From positions 768,001 through 832,000 of the forward strand of contig CBDFJG010000004.1 of the NCBI GenBank assembly GCA_965248445.1: 64,000 nucleotides of DNA, given 5' to 3'. The notes under the pieces are model-generated. The model was given only the letters and a program-made list of their open reading frames with translations, did not search any database and was not told the DNA's origin. This stretch comes from Planctomycetota bacterium. GTDB taxonomy: Bacteria; Planctomycetota; JAJSAM01; JAJVHW01. Made by a program: the position numbers and the translations under genes. This document shows positions 20,716-30,436 of this stretch, one piece after another (position 1 is the stretch's first letter; every line of letters begins with the position of its first letter).

Positions 20716-22029
20716 CTACCTGCGCTGCAGTCGCCGCGCACGCAGTGTCGTGTCCCGTAGGATGAACTCCTGCTTCGCCTTGCCCGGGTGCGCCGACCGA
20801 GCGTTCTCGCGCGCCTGCCGGATCGCAGCGGCCACGTTGGGCCAAGGCGTCACGCGCTGCTCGTAACGCTCCCGGAACCACCCGGTGAGCAGCCGGATCG
20901 TCGCGCCGAGCGTTCCTCTCCGGCGACTGGCCCGCGAGACGCCGCGGATCACGCGCCGTACCGGACTCTCCCCCCCGCCGACCGTCGAGAGCGGAGCCGC
21001 CGTGGCACCTTGCGCCGCCATCTCGCACCTCACTTCGTCACGCAGAGCCGTCTGGATCTCCCCCGGCTCCATGCCGTCGATCTCGCGGGTGATCGCACCG
21101 AAGAAGGCGTCGACATCGAGCGATGGCAGCGGGCGTCCGCGCCCTTCCTCGCGCCGGCCTTCCTCCCGTACGGAGCAGTACTCGTGCACGACGGCGTTGA
21201 CGGCGGTGCAGACCGTCGGGAGTGGTGACGCGAATTGCACCCGGGCCTGCTGCAGCTCGCGTTCGAAGTCCTGCGAGTCGCGCGTCGCCACGCCCCGCGT
21301 CAGGCTGAACCCATTGCTGCGCCGCAGCGCGTACTGGAGGAGGAGCGGCCGGTCGAAGTAGGTGACAGACGGATGCGCTGCCAACATTCGGTACGCGAAC
21401 CGAAAATCGGGCGCAGCGGAATCGCAGATGGTCCCGTACGCCTGCCGGATCCGCTCGAGCACACGCCGCGGCGTCACGCTGTTCAACAGCCGTGGGAGCG
21501 CCGCCACGAAGATGCAGCCCGAGCTCGCTTCGAGCAGCGCTGCCGAGGGGATCTCGATCACGCGACCGGTCCAGTCCGTCTGCTCGAGCGACACGGGGAT
21601 GTCCACGTCGTGCACGCGATCGAGGTTGTAGGAGATGACCTCGTCCGGCCAGCGGTCGGCAAGTGCCAGCAGGTCGTCGATCGCACCGGGCAGGAACAGC
21701 ATCCGATCGGTGAGGACGGCCACGTGCGTCCAGTCCGTCTCCTCGAGCGCGGCCGCAAGCGCCCACTCCCAGTGCGCGCCCATCGCGAGCGGTTCCGGCG
21801 GCGCCATTCGGCGAAGACGCTCGTCGGCGAGGCGTGCGCATGCATCGTCCAGCGCTGCCCGCTCGCTCGTCTCGTTCGAGTTGTCCGAGACCAGCACCCG
21901 GACGCGATCCGTCTCCGCCGCGAGCGCCGACTCGACCGCCGCGACCGCGAGCTCCGCGCGATTCCGCGTGGGAACGATCACGAGCAGGCGGCAGCGCGTC
22001 TGGGTGTCCCGCCGATCGGATGCCGTCAT
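20716..22029 (-). CDS. Glycosyltransferase family 2 protein
   Basis: LLVIVPTRNRAEL...AVESAL...VLVSDN; last gene of the sugar cassette. Confidence 0.8.
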   Translation of the reverse strand: MTASDRRDTQTRCRLLVIVPTRNRAELAVAAVESALAAETDRVRVLVSDNSNETSERAALDDACARLADERLRRMAPPEPLAMGAHWEWALAAALEETDWTHVAVLTDRMLFLPGAIDDLLALADRWPDEVISYNLDRVHDVDIPVSLEQTDWTGRVIEIPSAALLEASSGCIFVAALPRLLNSVTPRRVLERIRQAYGTICDSAAPDFRFAYRMLAAHPSVTYFDRPLLLQYALRRSNGFSLTRGVATRDSQDFERELQQARVQFASPLPTVCTAVNAVVHEYCSVREEGRREEGRGRPLPSLDVDAFFGAITREIDGMEPGEIQTALRDEVRCEMAAQGATAAPLSTVGGGESPVRRVIRGVSRASRRRGTLGATIRLLTGWFRERYEQRVTPWPNVAAAIRQARENARSAHPGKAKQEFILRDTTLRARRLQRR

Positions 22030-22042
22030 CGTGCGGAACGGG

Positions 22043-22813
22043 CTATGAGAGCCCGCCGCCCGTCTTCCGCAGATAGGCGCTGGGCCAGTGCGTGATGTTC
22101 TCCGTCAGCTCGCTCTCGTTGAAGGGCCACGGGGGCTGCTCGAGCACGAATTCGGGATGCCGTGCAGCGAACTCCTCCGCCGCCGCGGACGGGTGATCGG
22201 TCCTCCACTCGTCGCTCCCGCGCGGAACGTCGTGGAGGTCCTGCATGATCCCGTCGGTCGCGACGATGTAGGAACCCTCGGTCACGAGTGTGTGGTACGC
22301 CTCGAGTTCGGCCGCGACGTGCGCCCTGGTGTGGCAGGAGTCGAGCAGGACGAGCACGCTCCCACCCGGCTGGATGGCCGCGCGCACCTGATCGACGACT
22401 TCGGGCGCCACCGAGTCGCCTTCGATCAGCGTGATGAGATCGGACAGTGGGTGCGCCTCGACCGCGGCGCGGTTGTGCGGACGGATCTCGATGTCGACTC
22501 CGATGACGCGCCCCCGCCCCATCGCCGTGCAGAGACTGGCGTAGAACACGAGGGATCCGCCGTGCGCCACCCCCGTCTCCACGATGAAGTCGGGCTTCAC
22601 GCGGTGGATCACTTCCTGCACCCGGATCATGTCTTCGGGCAGCTGGATGACCGGCCGGCCGAACCACGAGAACGTGTACTGGTACTTCTGACTCCAGCCG
22701 ACGCGCACCCACTGACGAGAGATCTCCTCGAACGCGCGCTTCGAGTACAGCGGCACCGTCTCGCCCGAGTCGAGCGTGAGCGTGCTGGTCTCCGTGTCGA
22801 TGACGAGTCTCAT
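22043..22813 (-). CDS. CmcI / cephalosporin hydroxylase family O-methyltransferase
   Basis: YTFSWFGRPVIQLPEDM, KPDFIVETGVAHGGSL, VLLDSCHT; ATG at 22813 after GGAG. Confidence 0.92.
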   Translation of the reverse strand: MRLVIDTETSTLTLDSGETVPLYSKRAFEEISRQWVRVGWSQKYQYTFSWFGRPVIQLPEDMIRVQEVIHRVKPDFIVETGVAHGGSLVFYASLCTAMGRGRVIGVDIEIRPHNRAAVEAHPLSDLITLIEGDSVAPEVVDQVRAAIQPGGSVLVLLDSCHTRAHVAAELEAYHTLVTEGSYIVATDGIMQDLHDVPRGSDEWRTDHPSAAAEEFAARHPEFVLEQPPWPFNESELTENITHWPSAYLRKTGGGLS

Positions 22814-22820
22814 CTGTGCC

Positions 22821-24887
22821 TCACTCCGTCGGTTCCAGTTCGACGACTTCGACAGCCAGTCCCCGCCGCCGCACGTCGTCCCGGATCTCGGCGGCGTAAT
22901 TCGGATTGAGCACCACGGCCGCCAGGACACCGCGCCCGGCGAGATCAGCGGGGCCGACGATCGGATGACCGGTGCCGGGCAGGAAGTGCCCCTGCTTCGC
23001 TGGGTTCACGTCCACCACGCAGTCGATCAGGTCGCGCTCGGCGTCCACCATGTTCGTGAACGTCACGCCCTTGGCGCCTGCACCCCACACCGCCACGGGA
23101 CCCTCGTCGCGCAACGCGCGGACGCGGGCGGTCCACGAGCGCGTGATCTCCTCTTCGACCTGCGTGAACGCGCGGGCCGCTTGCGCCACCGCCGCTCCCG
23201 GACGCACCGGCGTGCCCCCGGCAGGCGCAGGTACCGCTTCGAGCCACAGGTACTGATCTCCGAACACGCGGCGGGTGTCGATCACTTCGAACCCTGCCTG
23301 TCCGAACGCGGTCGCGAGCGAGTCGGCCGAGAACAGCGAGCAGTGCTCGTAGAAGAAGTCCCACACCACGCGATTCCGCAGGATCCACTCGACGTCCGGC
23401 GTCTCGAAGTAGATCTGAGCCCGCCTGTTCCCGAGTGCGCAGCGCAGTGTCTGCAGGAGCTCGACCGGCTCCGCGACGTGCTCGATGACGTGGCGGCACA
23501 CCACCACGTCCGGGCGCGTCGAGCCGTCCTCCGCGCCGAAGTAGCGGCGCTCGAAGCGCAGGCGTCCGTCCAGCTCGACCTCAGGTCCGTCGTACGCGGC
23601 GTCGTAGCCGAACCCGACGTTGCCGGCGTCCTCCGCGAGCAGTCGTCGGAGGAACGTCCCGTCGCCACAGCCGATCTCGACGATCCGCCGACCGCGCACG
23701 CCCCGGTCGTGCACGAGGTGGCGAACCAGGTCGTCCACGTAGTCCCCGAACATCGCCGAGTGCGTCTGGCAGTTCTCGTATCCGGGACCGTAGTCCAGCC
23801 GGTCGGCGTCGAACGCTGCGTTGAAGACGAAACCGCAGTCGGCACAGCAGCGCATGTCGAGTCGCCCACGGGCGATCGCCGTCGCCTCCTCCGGCGTCCC
23901 CATGATCAGGTTCTGGTGCACGGCGACATGGTCGCGCGCGACGAATCCCTCGACCGACTGGCTCCGGCAGACAGGACAGCTCGCGACGCTCTGTACGGCA
24001 GACCAGTGAGCGACCGTCGCCGCCACGCCATCGCTAAGTGCGAACGACGGCTCGAACCCGACCTCGTCCCGGAGGCGGTCGACAGCCGCCACCACCAGCG
24101 GTGGCTCGTCGGGGGGGCTCTCCAGCGCCCCGAGCCGGAGGAGTTCCGTACGGCCCATGAACTCACCGATCGTCTGTGCGATCTCCGCGACCGGCGGTGC
24201 GACGCCGGAGGCGACGTTCACTGCCCCGGGCACGCCGGACCACAGCAGACGGACGAGCGCCTCGGCCGCGTCCCCGACGTACATGTAGTCCCGGCGTTGC
24301 GCACCGGCGGAGCAGAGCGCGGGTTCTCCGCGGAGCAGGCTCGTCACGATGGACGGCACGAGCCGCTCGACCGGCTCGCCCGGGCCGTACAGCCAGAACA
24401 GCCGTGCCCACGCCCAGCTGACCGCGCCGTCGCCGAGGCGCTCTTCCAAGCCCTTCCTCAGCGCGTTCTTCCACCGTGCGTACGGAGTTGCAGGCAAGAG
24501 CGCCGTGCTGCGTTCGTCGCACTCACCTGCTGTCCAGTCGTACTCCGCTCCGCTCCCGGTAACGACGACGCGCCGACCACCGGAGTCGGCGAACGCCTGC
24601 ACCAGTGTCGAGCTCGCACGGCACCAGTCCTCGTTCACCGGCGACGTCCAGAACTCGCCCGGCGTCGTATCCCACGCCAGATGCAGGAGGTGAGTCGGGC
24701 GCACGTGGTCGACGACGGCAACGCCCTCCCCCGCCAACAAGTCGGCACGGTGCCACGTCACGCCGTCGAGCGGCTCCGGATCCGCCGCCGACGTCATCGC
24801 ATGCACCACGCAATCGGGCGCCACGAGCCGCGGCAGACAGTGGCGGCCGACGAAGCCGCGCGCACCGGTGACGAGTACGGTCTTCAC
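22821..24887 (-). CDS. Fusion of NAD-dependent epimerase/reductase and C-methyltransferase-like SAM methyltransferase
   Basis: N-terminal VTGARGFVG and YARWK (YxxxK); C-terminal CPVC...CADC, VEIGCGDG, RHVIEH, FFYEH, WGAGAKG. Confidence 0.88.
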   Translation of the reverse strand: MKTVLVTGARGFVGRHCLPRLVAPDCVVHAMTSAADPEPLDGVTWHRADLLAGEGVAVVDHVRPTHLLHLAWDTTPGEFWTSPVNEDWCRASSTLVQAFADSGGRRVVVTGSGAEYDWTAGECDERSTALLPATPYARWKNALRKGLEERLGDGAVSWAWARLFWLYGPGEPVERLVPSIVTSLLRGEPALCSAGAQRRDYMYVGDAAEALVRLLWSGVPGAVNVASGVAPPVAEIAQTIGEFMGRTELLRLGALESPPDEPPLVVAAVDRLRDEVGFEPSFALSDGVAATVAHWSAVQSVASCPVCRSQSVEGFVARDHVAVHQNLIMGTPEEATAIARGRLDMRCCADCGFVFNAAFDADRLDYGPGYENCQTHSAMFGDYVDDLVRHLVHDRGVRGRRIVEIGCGDGTFLRRLLAEDAGNVGFGYDAAYDGPEVELDGRLRFERRYFGAEDGSTRPDVVVCRHVIEHVAEPVELLQTLRCALGNRRAQIYFETPDVEWILRNRVVWDFFYEHCSLFSADSLATAFGQAGFEVIDTRRVFGDQYLWLEAVPAPAGGTPVRPGAAVAQAARAFTQVEEEITRSWTARVRALRDEGPVAVWGAGAKGVTFTNMVDAERDLIDCVVDVNPAKQGHFLPGTGHPIVGPADLAGRGVLAAVVLNPNYAAEIRDDVRRRGLAVEVVELEPTE

Positions 24888-25432
24888 GCCCCGTGGTCCG
24901 GGTGCGCCCTGTCACGGTCACTCATGTGCCGTTCGCCCCCGTCCGGACCGTCCGGCCACTCGATGCCGAACGCCGGATCGTCCCAGCGCACGCCGCGGGC
25001 GCTCGCGGGGTGGTATGGCACGGACATCTGGTACATGACCTCGGTATCGGCCGTCAGCGTCTGGAACCCATGGGCGAACCCGGCCGGAACGTAGACGGCG
25101 CGCCCGTTCTCCGGGGTGAGTTGGACGGCGAACCACTCCCGATGCGTCTCCGAGTCGGATCGCAAGTCGAGGATCACGTCGTGGATCGACCCGCGCGTGC
25201 AGCGCACCACCCTCGTCTCCGCGTGCGGGGCCGCCTGGAAGTGCATGCCGCGCAGCGTGCCCGCGCGGGAGTTGAACGAGACGCTGGACTGGACGAGCCG
25301 GTCGTCCAGGCCTCGTCGCGCGAATTCCTCGGCACACCACGTCCGAGCAAAGAACCCACGGTCGTCCGGGATCGGATCGAGGTCGATGACGTACGCGCCA
25401 GCGAGCGGCGTCTCCATGAACCGCAGGCTCAT
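24884..25432 (-). CDS. rfbC: NDP-4-keto-6-deoxyhexose 3,5-epimerase (RfbC/RmlC family)
   Basis: DDRGFFAR, GTLRGMHFQ, VPAGFAHGFQTL, GVRWDDP. Confidence 0.93.
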   Translation of the reverse strand: MSLRFMETPLAGAYVIDLDPIPDDRGFFARTWCAEEFARRGLDDRLVQSSVSFNSRAGTLRGMHFQAAPHAETRVVRCTRGSIHDVILDLRSDSETHREWFAVQLTPENGRAVYVPAGFAHGFQTLTADTEVMYQMSVPYHPASARGVRWDDPAFGIEWPDGPDGGERHMSDRDRAHPDHGA

Positions 25433-26664
25433 GAGAGCACCCTCGGTTCCGGCACCGGGACTACGAACCGCCCGCCCCACTCGCCGACGTACGCGTGCTG
25501 CGCCGTGATCTCCGCCGCGATGTTCCACGGCAAGATCAGGACCTGTTCCGGACGCGTCTCGCGCAGTCGGTCCGCGGCGTGCACCGGGATGCGGCTGCCG
25601 GGCAGGTAGCAGCCCTGCTTCAACGGGTTCATGTCAACCGTGTACTCGATGAGTTCGGGTCCAATCCCGCAGTAGTTGAGCAGCGTGTTCCCCTTGGCCG
25701 GCGCGCCGTAGCCCACCGTGCTGACGCCGCGCTCGTTCGAAGCGCAGAGGAACGCCCGCAGCGAGTCGCGAGTGTGGCGCACCTTCTCGTCGAACCCAGC
25801 GTACGTGTCGAGGCGGTCGAGGCCGGCGGCGTGTTCCGCGTCGAGCAGCGCGTCGACTCGTGCAGTCGGCTCCGGCGCCTCCCGCGCCGCATGCCGGGCA
25901 TACACGCGCAGCGAGCCGCCGTGCGTCGGCAGTTCATCGACATCGAACACGGTCAATCCGTGCGCTGAGAGCACCTGTACGACCACCCGGAACGAGAAGT
26001 ACGAGAAGTGCTCGTGGTAGATCGTGTCGAACTGAGTTCCCTCCATGAGGCGCAGCAGGTGCGGGAACTCGAGCGACACGACACCGTCGTCCGCCAGGAC
26101 GACCGCCATTCCGGCGACGAAGTCGTTGAGATCCGGCACGTGCGCGAGGACGTTGTTCCCTACCAGAAGGTCCGCGCGTTTGCCCTGCGAGCGCAGCTCG
26201 CCCGCGAGTTCCGATCCGAAGAACCGCGCCAGCGTCGGGACTCCGTCGGCCTCGGCGATCTTCGCCACGTTCGCGGCCGGCTCGATGCCGAGCACCGGCA
26301 CGCCGCCGTCACGGAACCAGCGCAACAAGTAGCCGTCGTTACTGGCGACCTCCATCACCAGGCTGTCTGCCGTGAGCCCGAAGCGCGCGGTCGCGGCGCC
26401 TGCGTACGCGCGGCAGTGCGCCAGCCACGACCGGGAGACCGACGAGAGATACGCGTAGTCACCGAAGATCTCGTCTGGCGTCGCGAACTCCTCGAGTTGC
26501 ACGAGGAGGCACTCGTCACAGACGTACGCATGCAGCGGGAACATGGGCTCCTCGCACGCCAGGTCCTCCTCCCGGAGGTAGGAGTTCGCCAGCGGCGAGA
26601 GACCGAGGTCCACGAACGTCGTACGGAGCCGGACGCCACACGCGCGGCAGAGGCTGTCCGTCAC
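25429..26664 (-). CDS. NDP-hexose C-methyltransferase family protein
   Basis: CRAC...DLG.SPLAN...CDEC zinc motif; EVASNDGYLL; NNVLAHVPD; FDTIYHEH; THGGSLR; YGAPAKG. Confidence 0.93.
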   Translation of the reverse strand: MTDSLCRACGVRLRTTFVDLGLSPLANSYLREEDLACEEPMFPLHAYVCDECLLVQLEEFATPDEIFGDYAYLSSVSRSWLAHCRAYAGAATARFGLTADSLVMEVASNDGYLLRWFRDGGVPVLGIEPAANVAKIAEADGVPTLARFFGSELAGELRSQGKRADLLVGNNVLAHVPDLNDFVAGMAVVLADDGVVSLEFPHLLRLMEGTQFDTIYHEHFSYFSFRVVVQVLSAHGLTVFDVDELPTHGGSLRVYARHAAREAPEPTARVDALLDAEHAAGLDRLDTYAGFDEKVRHTRDSLRAFLCASNERGVSTVGYGAPAKGNTLLNYCGIGPELIEYTVDMNPLKQGCYLPGSRIPVHAADRLRETRPEQVLILPWNIAAEITAQHAYVGEWGGRFVVPVPEPRVLS

Positions 26665-27740
26665 GACGCGGCCTCCGTCGCGCGGTACGCGCGAATCTGC
26701 GCGAGTGTCCGCTCCCGCATGTCCTCACCGGCGTGGTGCGCGCGATACCAGGCCACCGTCCGCTCGAGGCCTGCGGAGTACGGCATGCTCGGCGGCAGAC
26801 CGAGCCGGGTCCGCGCCTTGGCCGAGTCGAGCATCAGCCGTATCGCCTCGTGCGGCTGGGGCGACTCGTCGCGCTCCCACGATGCGCCATCGCCCCACAG
26901 CCGGCAGACGTCGTCAGCCAGCCGGCCGACGGGCAGCACGTGTTCCTCGCTCGGACCGAAGTTCCACGCCTCGGCGTGACTCGCAGGATCCTCGGACAAA
27001 CGCTCCGCGAGCAGGACGTAGCCATGGAGGCAGTCGAGAACGTGCTGCCACGGCCGGTGTGCGCCGGCATGACGGATTCGCGCCGGCTGGCCGTCGCTGA
27101 TCGCTCCGACGATGTCCGGGAGGATGCGGTCACGCGCCCAGTCGCCCCCGCCGATCACGTTCCCCGCTCGCGCGGTCGCCAGACCGACGCCGTGCTCCGC
27201 GTGCTGCGCCGGCGAGAAGAACGAATCGCGGAACGCTGCGGCCACGTGCTCCGCACACGCCTTGCTGTTCGAGTACGGATCGTGACCGCCCAGTTCGTCG
27301 GTCTCGACGTACGCGTGGTCGGTCTCCCGATTCCGATAGCACTTGTCGCTCGTCACGACGAGCACGGCCGCGCGGGTGCCCACCCGCCTCAACGTCTCCA
27401 GGAGATCCACGGTCCCCATCACGTTGACACGGTACGTCTCGGCGGGGTCTGCATACGACGCGCGCACGAGTGACTGGGCCGCCATGTGGACGACCACGGA
27501 CGGATCCGCCGTGCGCACCGCAGACTCGAGCGCCGGTCCGTCGCAGATGTCGCCGAGCACCGACGTGATCCCGCGGTCCACACGCGCGACGTCGAACAGA
27601 CTCGGCTCGGTCGGCGGTTCGAGTGCGTACCCCGTGACCTCCGCGCCCAGCTCACGGAGAAGGAGCGTGAGCCAGCTGCCCTTGAAACCCGTGTGTCCGG
27701 TGACGAGAACGCGGCGGCCCGCCCAGAAGCCCGCGTTCAT
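26661..27740 (-). CDS. rfbG: CDP-glucose 4,6-dehydratase
   Basis: FWAGRRVLVTGHTGFKGSWL, HMAAQSLVR, TSDKCY, PYSNSK, RAGNVIGGGDW, RPWQHVL. Confidence 0.96.
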   Translation of the reverse strand: MNAGFWAGRRVLVTGHTGFKGSWLTLLLRELGAEVTGYALEPPTEPSLFDVARVDRGITSVLGDICDGPALESAVRTADPSVVVHMAAQSLVRASYADPAETYRVNVMGTVDLLETLRRVGTRAAVLVVTSDKCYRNRETDHAYVETDELGGHDPYSNSKACAEHVAAAFRDSFFSPAQHAEHGVGLATARAGNVIGGGDWARDRILPDIVGAISDGQPARIRHAGAHRPWQHVLDCLHGYVLLAERLSEDPASHAEAWNFGPSEEHVLPVGRLADDVCRLWGDGASWERDESPQPHEAIRLMLDSAKARTRLGLPPSMPYSAGLERTVAWYRAHHAGEDMRERTLAQIRAYRATEAAS

Positions 27741-27795
27741 TCCCTGCGCTTCCCCGTCAGGACCGCAGCGTTCCCCAACACGCCCGGCACCGTCA

Positions 27796-28563
27796 TCACC
27801 ACGTCTTCCAGGGCGCCTGCCCCGAACGCCAGAGTCCATCGAGCATCTGCTTGTCGCGGAGGGCGTCCATCGGCTGGAAGAACCCGCGGTGACGCCACGC
27901 CGACAGCTGGCCGTCGGCCGCGAGCTGTTCGAGTGGCGTTCTCTCCCACGAAGTGTCGTCGCCGTCGATGTAGTCCAGGACCTTCGGCGAGAGCACGAAG
28001 AAGCCTGCGTTGACCCAGGCACCGTCGCCGAGCGGTTTCTCGACGAACTCGCTCACCTTCGTCGCGTCGACGGTCAGGGAGCCGAACCGGCCCGGCGGCT
28101 GGCAGGCGGTCAGCGTCGCCAGCGTGCCCTGCTTGCGGTGGAACGCGAGCTGCGCGGGGATGTCGACGTCGGCCAGGCCGTCGCCGTACGTGAAGCAAAA
28201 GTCCTCGTCCCCCAGGTAGTCGCGCACGCGCTTGAGCCGCCCGCCGGTCGCTGTTGCCTCACCGGTGTCGATCAGCGTGACCTTCCACGGCTCGGCGTGC
28301 TTCTGGTGGACGTCGACACTGTTACTGGCGAGGTCGATCGTCACGTCCGACGTGTGGGTGAAGTAGTTCGAGAAGTACTCCTTGATGACGTAGCCCTTGT
28401 ATCCAAGGCAGATCACGAACTCGTCGATGCCGTGCGACGAGTAGATCTTCATGATGTGCCACAGGATCGGCTTGCCGCCGATCTCGACCATCGGCTTGGG
28501 CTTGAGGTGCGTCTCCTCGGAGATCCGAGTACCGAATCCACCGGCCAGGATCACGGCCTTCAT
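27796..28563 (-). CDS. rfbF: Glucose-1-phosphate cytidylyltransferase
   Basis: MKAVILAGGFGTRISEET..KPKPMVEIGGKPILWHIMK, TGGRLKR, TYGDG, APWKTW. Confidence 0.97.
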   Translation of the reverse strand: MKAVILAGGFGTRISEETHLKPKPMVEIGGKPILWHIMKIYSSHGIDEFVICLGYKGYVIKEYFSNYFTHTSDVTIDLASNSVDVHQKHAEPWKVTLIDTGEATATGGRLKRVRDYLGDEDFCFTYGDGLADVDIPAQLAFHRKQGTLATLTACQPPGRFGSLTVDATKVSEFVEKPLGDGAWVNAGFFVLSPKVLDYIDGDDTSWERTPLEQLAADGQLSAWRHRGFFQPMDALRDKQMLDGLWRSGQAPWKTW

Positions 28564-28758
28564 GCTGCTCTCCGCGTGGGTGGCCCGCTCCGGGCGCCTC
28601 GGGCGCACGCTCTGGGCCGCGCGAATTCTAACCAAGGGTTGTGCCCGTCAGCTGGAAATGGGCTGTATCTGGTGTTCTCGACGCATCTCCATCGGACGCT
28701 CGGATTCCGCGCCTGGGCTCGGAACTGCCGATGACGACATGGGTGCGATGTGCCCCCA

Positions 28759-28788
28759 AGCCAGATACAGCCAGATGCAGCCAGATAG
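28759..28788. repeat. 10-bp tandem repeat x3 in divergent intergenic region
   Basis: AGCCAGATAC AGCCAGATGC AGCCAGATAG; inverted 12-bp copy GGCTGTATCTGG at 28661-28672. Confidence 0.8.
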
Positions 28789-28878
28789 GACCGGCGATTC
28801 AGGACGGGGTGACCTCGGGACGGTGAACGGCATTCGATGGACAGGACCGCGATGCAGAAACGGCCGGGAGCGCCGCGG

Positions 28879-30429
28879 GTGAGTGACTCCGCCCTCGTTG
28901 CACCTCCCCCGCCGGACGTGCCGCGCACGGACACGATGCGCGCCGCCGTCGTGGCCAATCTGGCCGGCCGCGGGTGGCCGATCGTGCTCGGCTTCCTGGC
29001 GGTCCCGATCTACCTCGGGCACCTGGGCATCGAGGCCTACGCGCTCGTCAGCGCGTTCGCCGTGCTGCAGAGCATCTGCTCCGTTCTGGATATGGGGCTC
29101 GGCGCGACGCTCACCAGACAGCTCGCACGACTCACCGGCGACCCGCAGACGGCTCCGCAGGCGCGCCGCCTGGTGCGCACGCTCGAGGTGCCCTACTGGG
29201 CGATCGCCGCGCTCCTCGCGATCGTGTCGATCGCCGCCGCCGGACCCATCGCCGCGCGCTGGCTCCGGCCGGAGGCGGTGCCGCTCTCGACGCTTCGTGA
29301 GACCGCGGTGCTCATGGGGCTCGGCGTCGCGGCACAGCTCCCGTTCAGCCTGTACGTCGGCGGACTGCTCGGCATCCAGCGGCAGGTCCTCCTGAACGTG
29401 ATCGTGATCGTGGCGGCGACGTTCCGTGTTGCGCTGACCATCTACGTCCTCGAGCGCGTCGCCCCCACCATCGAGGCGTTCTTCATCTGCCAGCTGGTGG
29501 CGAGCGCCCTGCAGACCGCCGCGGGTCTGGTCGCGCTCTGGTGGACGCTGCCCAAGAGTCCGGATCGCCCGCGCTTCGACGGCCGCGTGCTGCGAGAGAA
29601 CCTCCGGTTCGCGGCCGGCGTGGCGGGCATCACGGTCGCAGGCCTGGTGCTCATCCACGCAGACAAGTTCGTCCTCACGAAGCTGCTCCCTCTGCGCGAG
29701 TTCGGGTACTACGGCATCGCCGCGTCGCTGGCGCTCGCTCTCGCGGCGATCTCGCATCCGGTGTACGCCGCCGTGTTCCCGCGGCTCTCGCGGCTGGCCG
29801 CCGGAGACGACCGGACCACGGAAGCCGCGGAGTACCACCGAGCGAGTCAGCTACTCGCCGTGCTGCTGTTGCCGCTGGCCGCGACGGTCGCCTGGCACGC
29901 GCACGAGATCCTGCTGGCGTGGACCCAGAATGCGGACGTTGCCGACAACGCACACCTCGTGACGACGCTGCTCGTCTGCGGCAGCGCGCTGCACGGCCTG
30001 ATGACGGTTCCGTACTCGCTGATGCTGGCACACGGCTGGACGCGGCTCCCGCTTGTCGTCAATGTGGTTGCCATCTGTGTGCTGATCCCGCTGCTGGTCT
30101 GGTCGAGCCGGACGTACGGCTCGGTCGGCGCCGCGGCGATATGGTGTGCGCTGAACGCCGGCTACATCGTGATCTCCGTGCCCGTCATGCACACACGCCT
30201 GCTGCGCGGAGAGATGACCAAGTGGTACCTCGGAGACGTCGGCCGCCCGCTCGCTGCGGCTCTCGCCGCTGTCGTGGCGGCGCACTTCCTGATCCCCGTG
30301 GTGGACGGACGCTGGCCCACCGTGGTGCGCGTCGGCGTGATCACCCTGTTCGCGACGCTCGCCGCCGCGAGCGCGGCCCCCGAGGTCCGGCGCCCTTGGA
30401 TCGCCCGCCTGCGCCGACGACTCGGCTGA
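28879..30429 (+). CDS. Wzx-like oligosaccharide flippase (MOP superfamily)
   Basis: Many hydrophobic segments; VPIYLGHLGIEAYAL, LDMGLG, ADKFVLTKLL...FGYY, AVFPRLS; GTG start after GGAG (ORF open from 28837). Confidence 0.88.
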   Translation: MSDSALVAPPPPDVPRTDTMRAAVVANLAGRGWPIVLGFLAVPIYLGHLGIEAYALVSAFAVLQSICSVLDMGLGATLTRQLARLTGDPQTAPQARRLVRTLEVPYWAIAALLAIVSIAAAGPIAARWLRPEAVPLSTLRETAVLMGLGVAAQLPFSLYVGGLLGIQRQVLLNVIVIVAATFRVALTIYVLERVAPTIEAFFICQLVASALQTAAGLVALWWTLPKSPDRPRFDGRVLRENLRFAAGVAGITVAGLVLIHADKFVLTKLLPLREFGYYGIAASLALALAAISHPVYAAVFPRLSRLAAGDDRTTEAAEYHRASQLLAVLLLPLAATVAWHAHEILLAWTQNADVADNAHLVTTLLVCGSALHGLMTVPYSLMLAHGWTRLPLVVNVVAICVLIPLLVWSSRTYGSVGAAAIWCALNAGYIVISVPVMHTRLLRGEMTKWYLGDVGRPLAAALAAVVAAHFLIPVVDGRWPTVVRVGVITLFATLAAASAAPEVRRPWIARLRRRLG

Positions 30430-30436
30430 GCGCGCA

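Noticed and set aside
22043..22813. Beta-lactam biosynthesis implied by the 'cephalosporin hydroxylase' family name
   Set aside because: Context is nucleotide-sugar biosynthesis; CmcI-family members in such clusters are better read as sugar O-methyltransferases.
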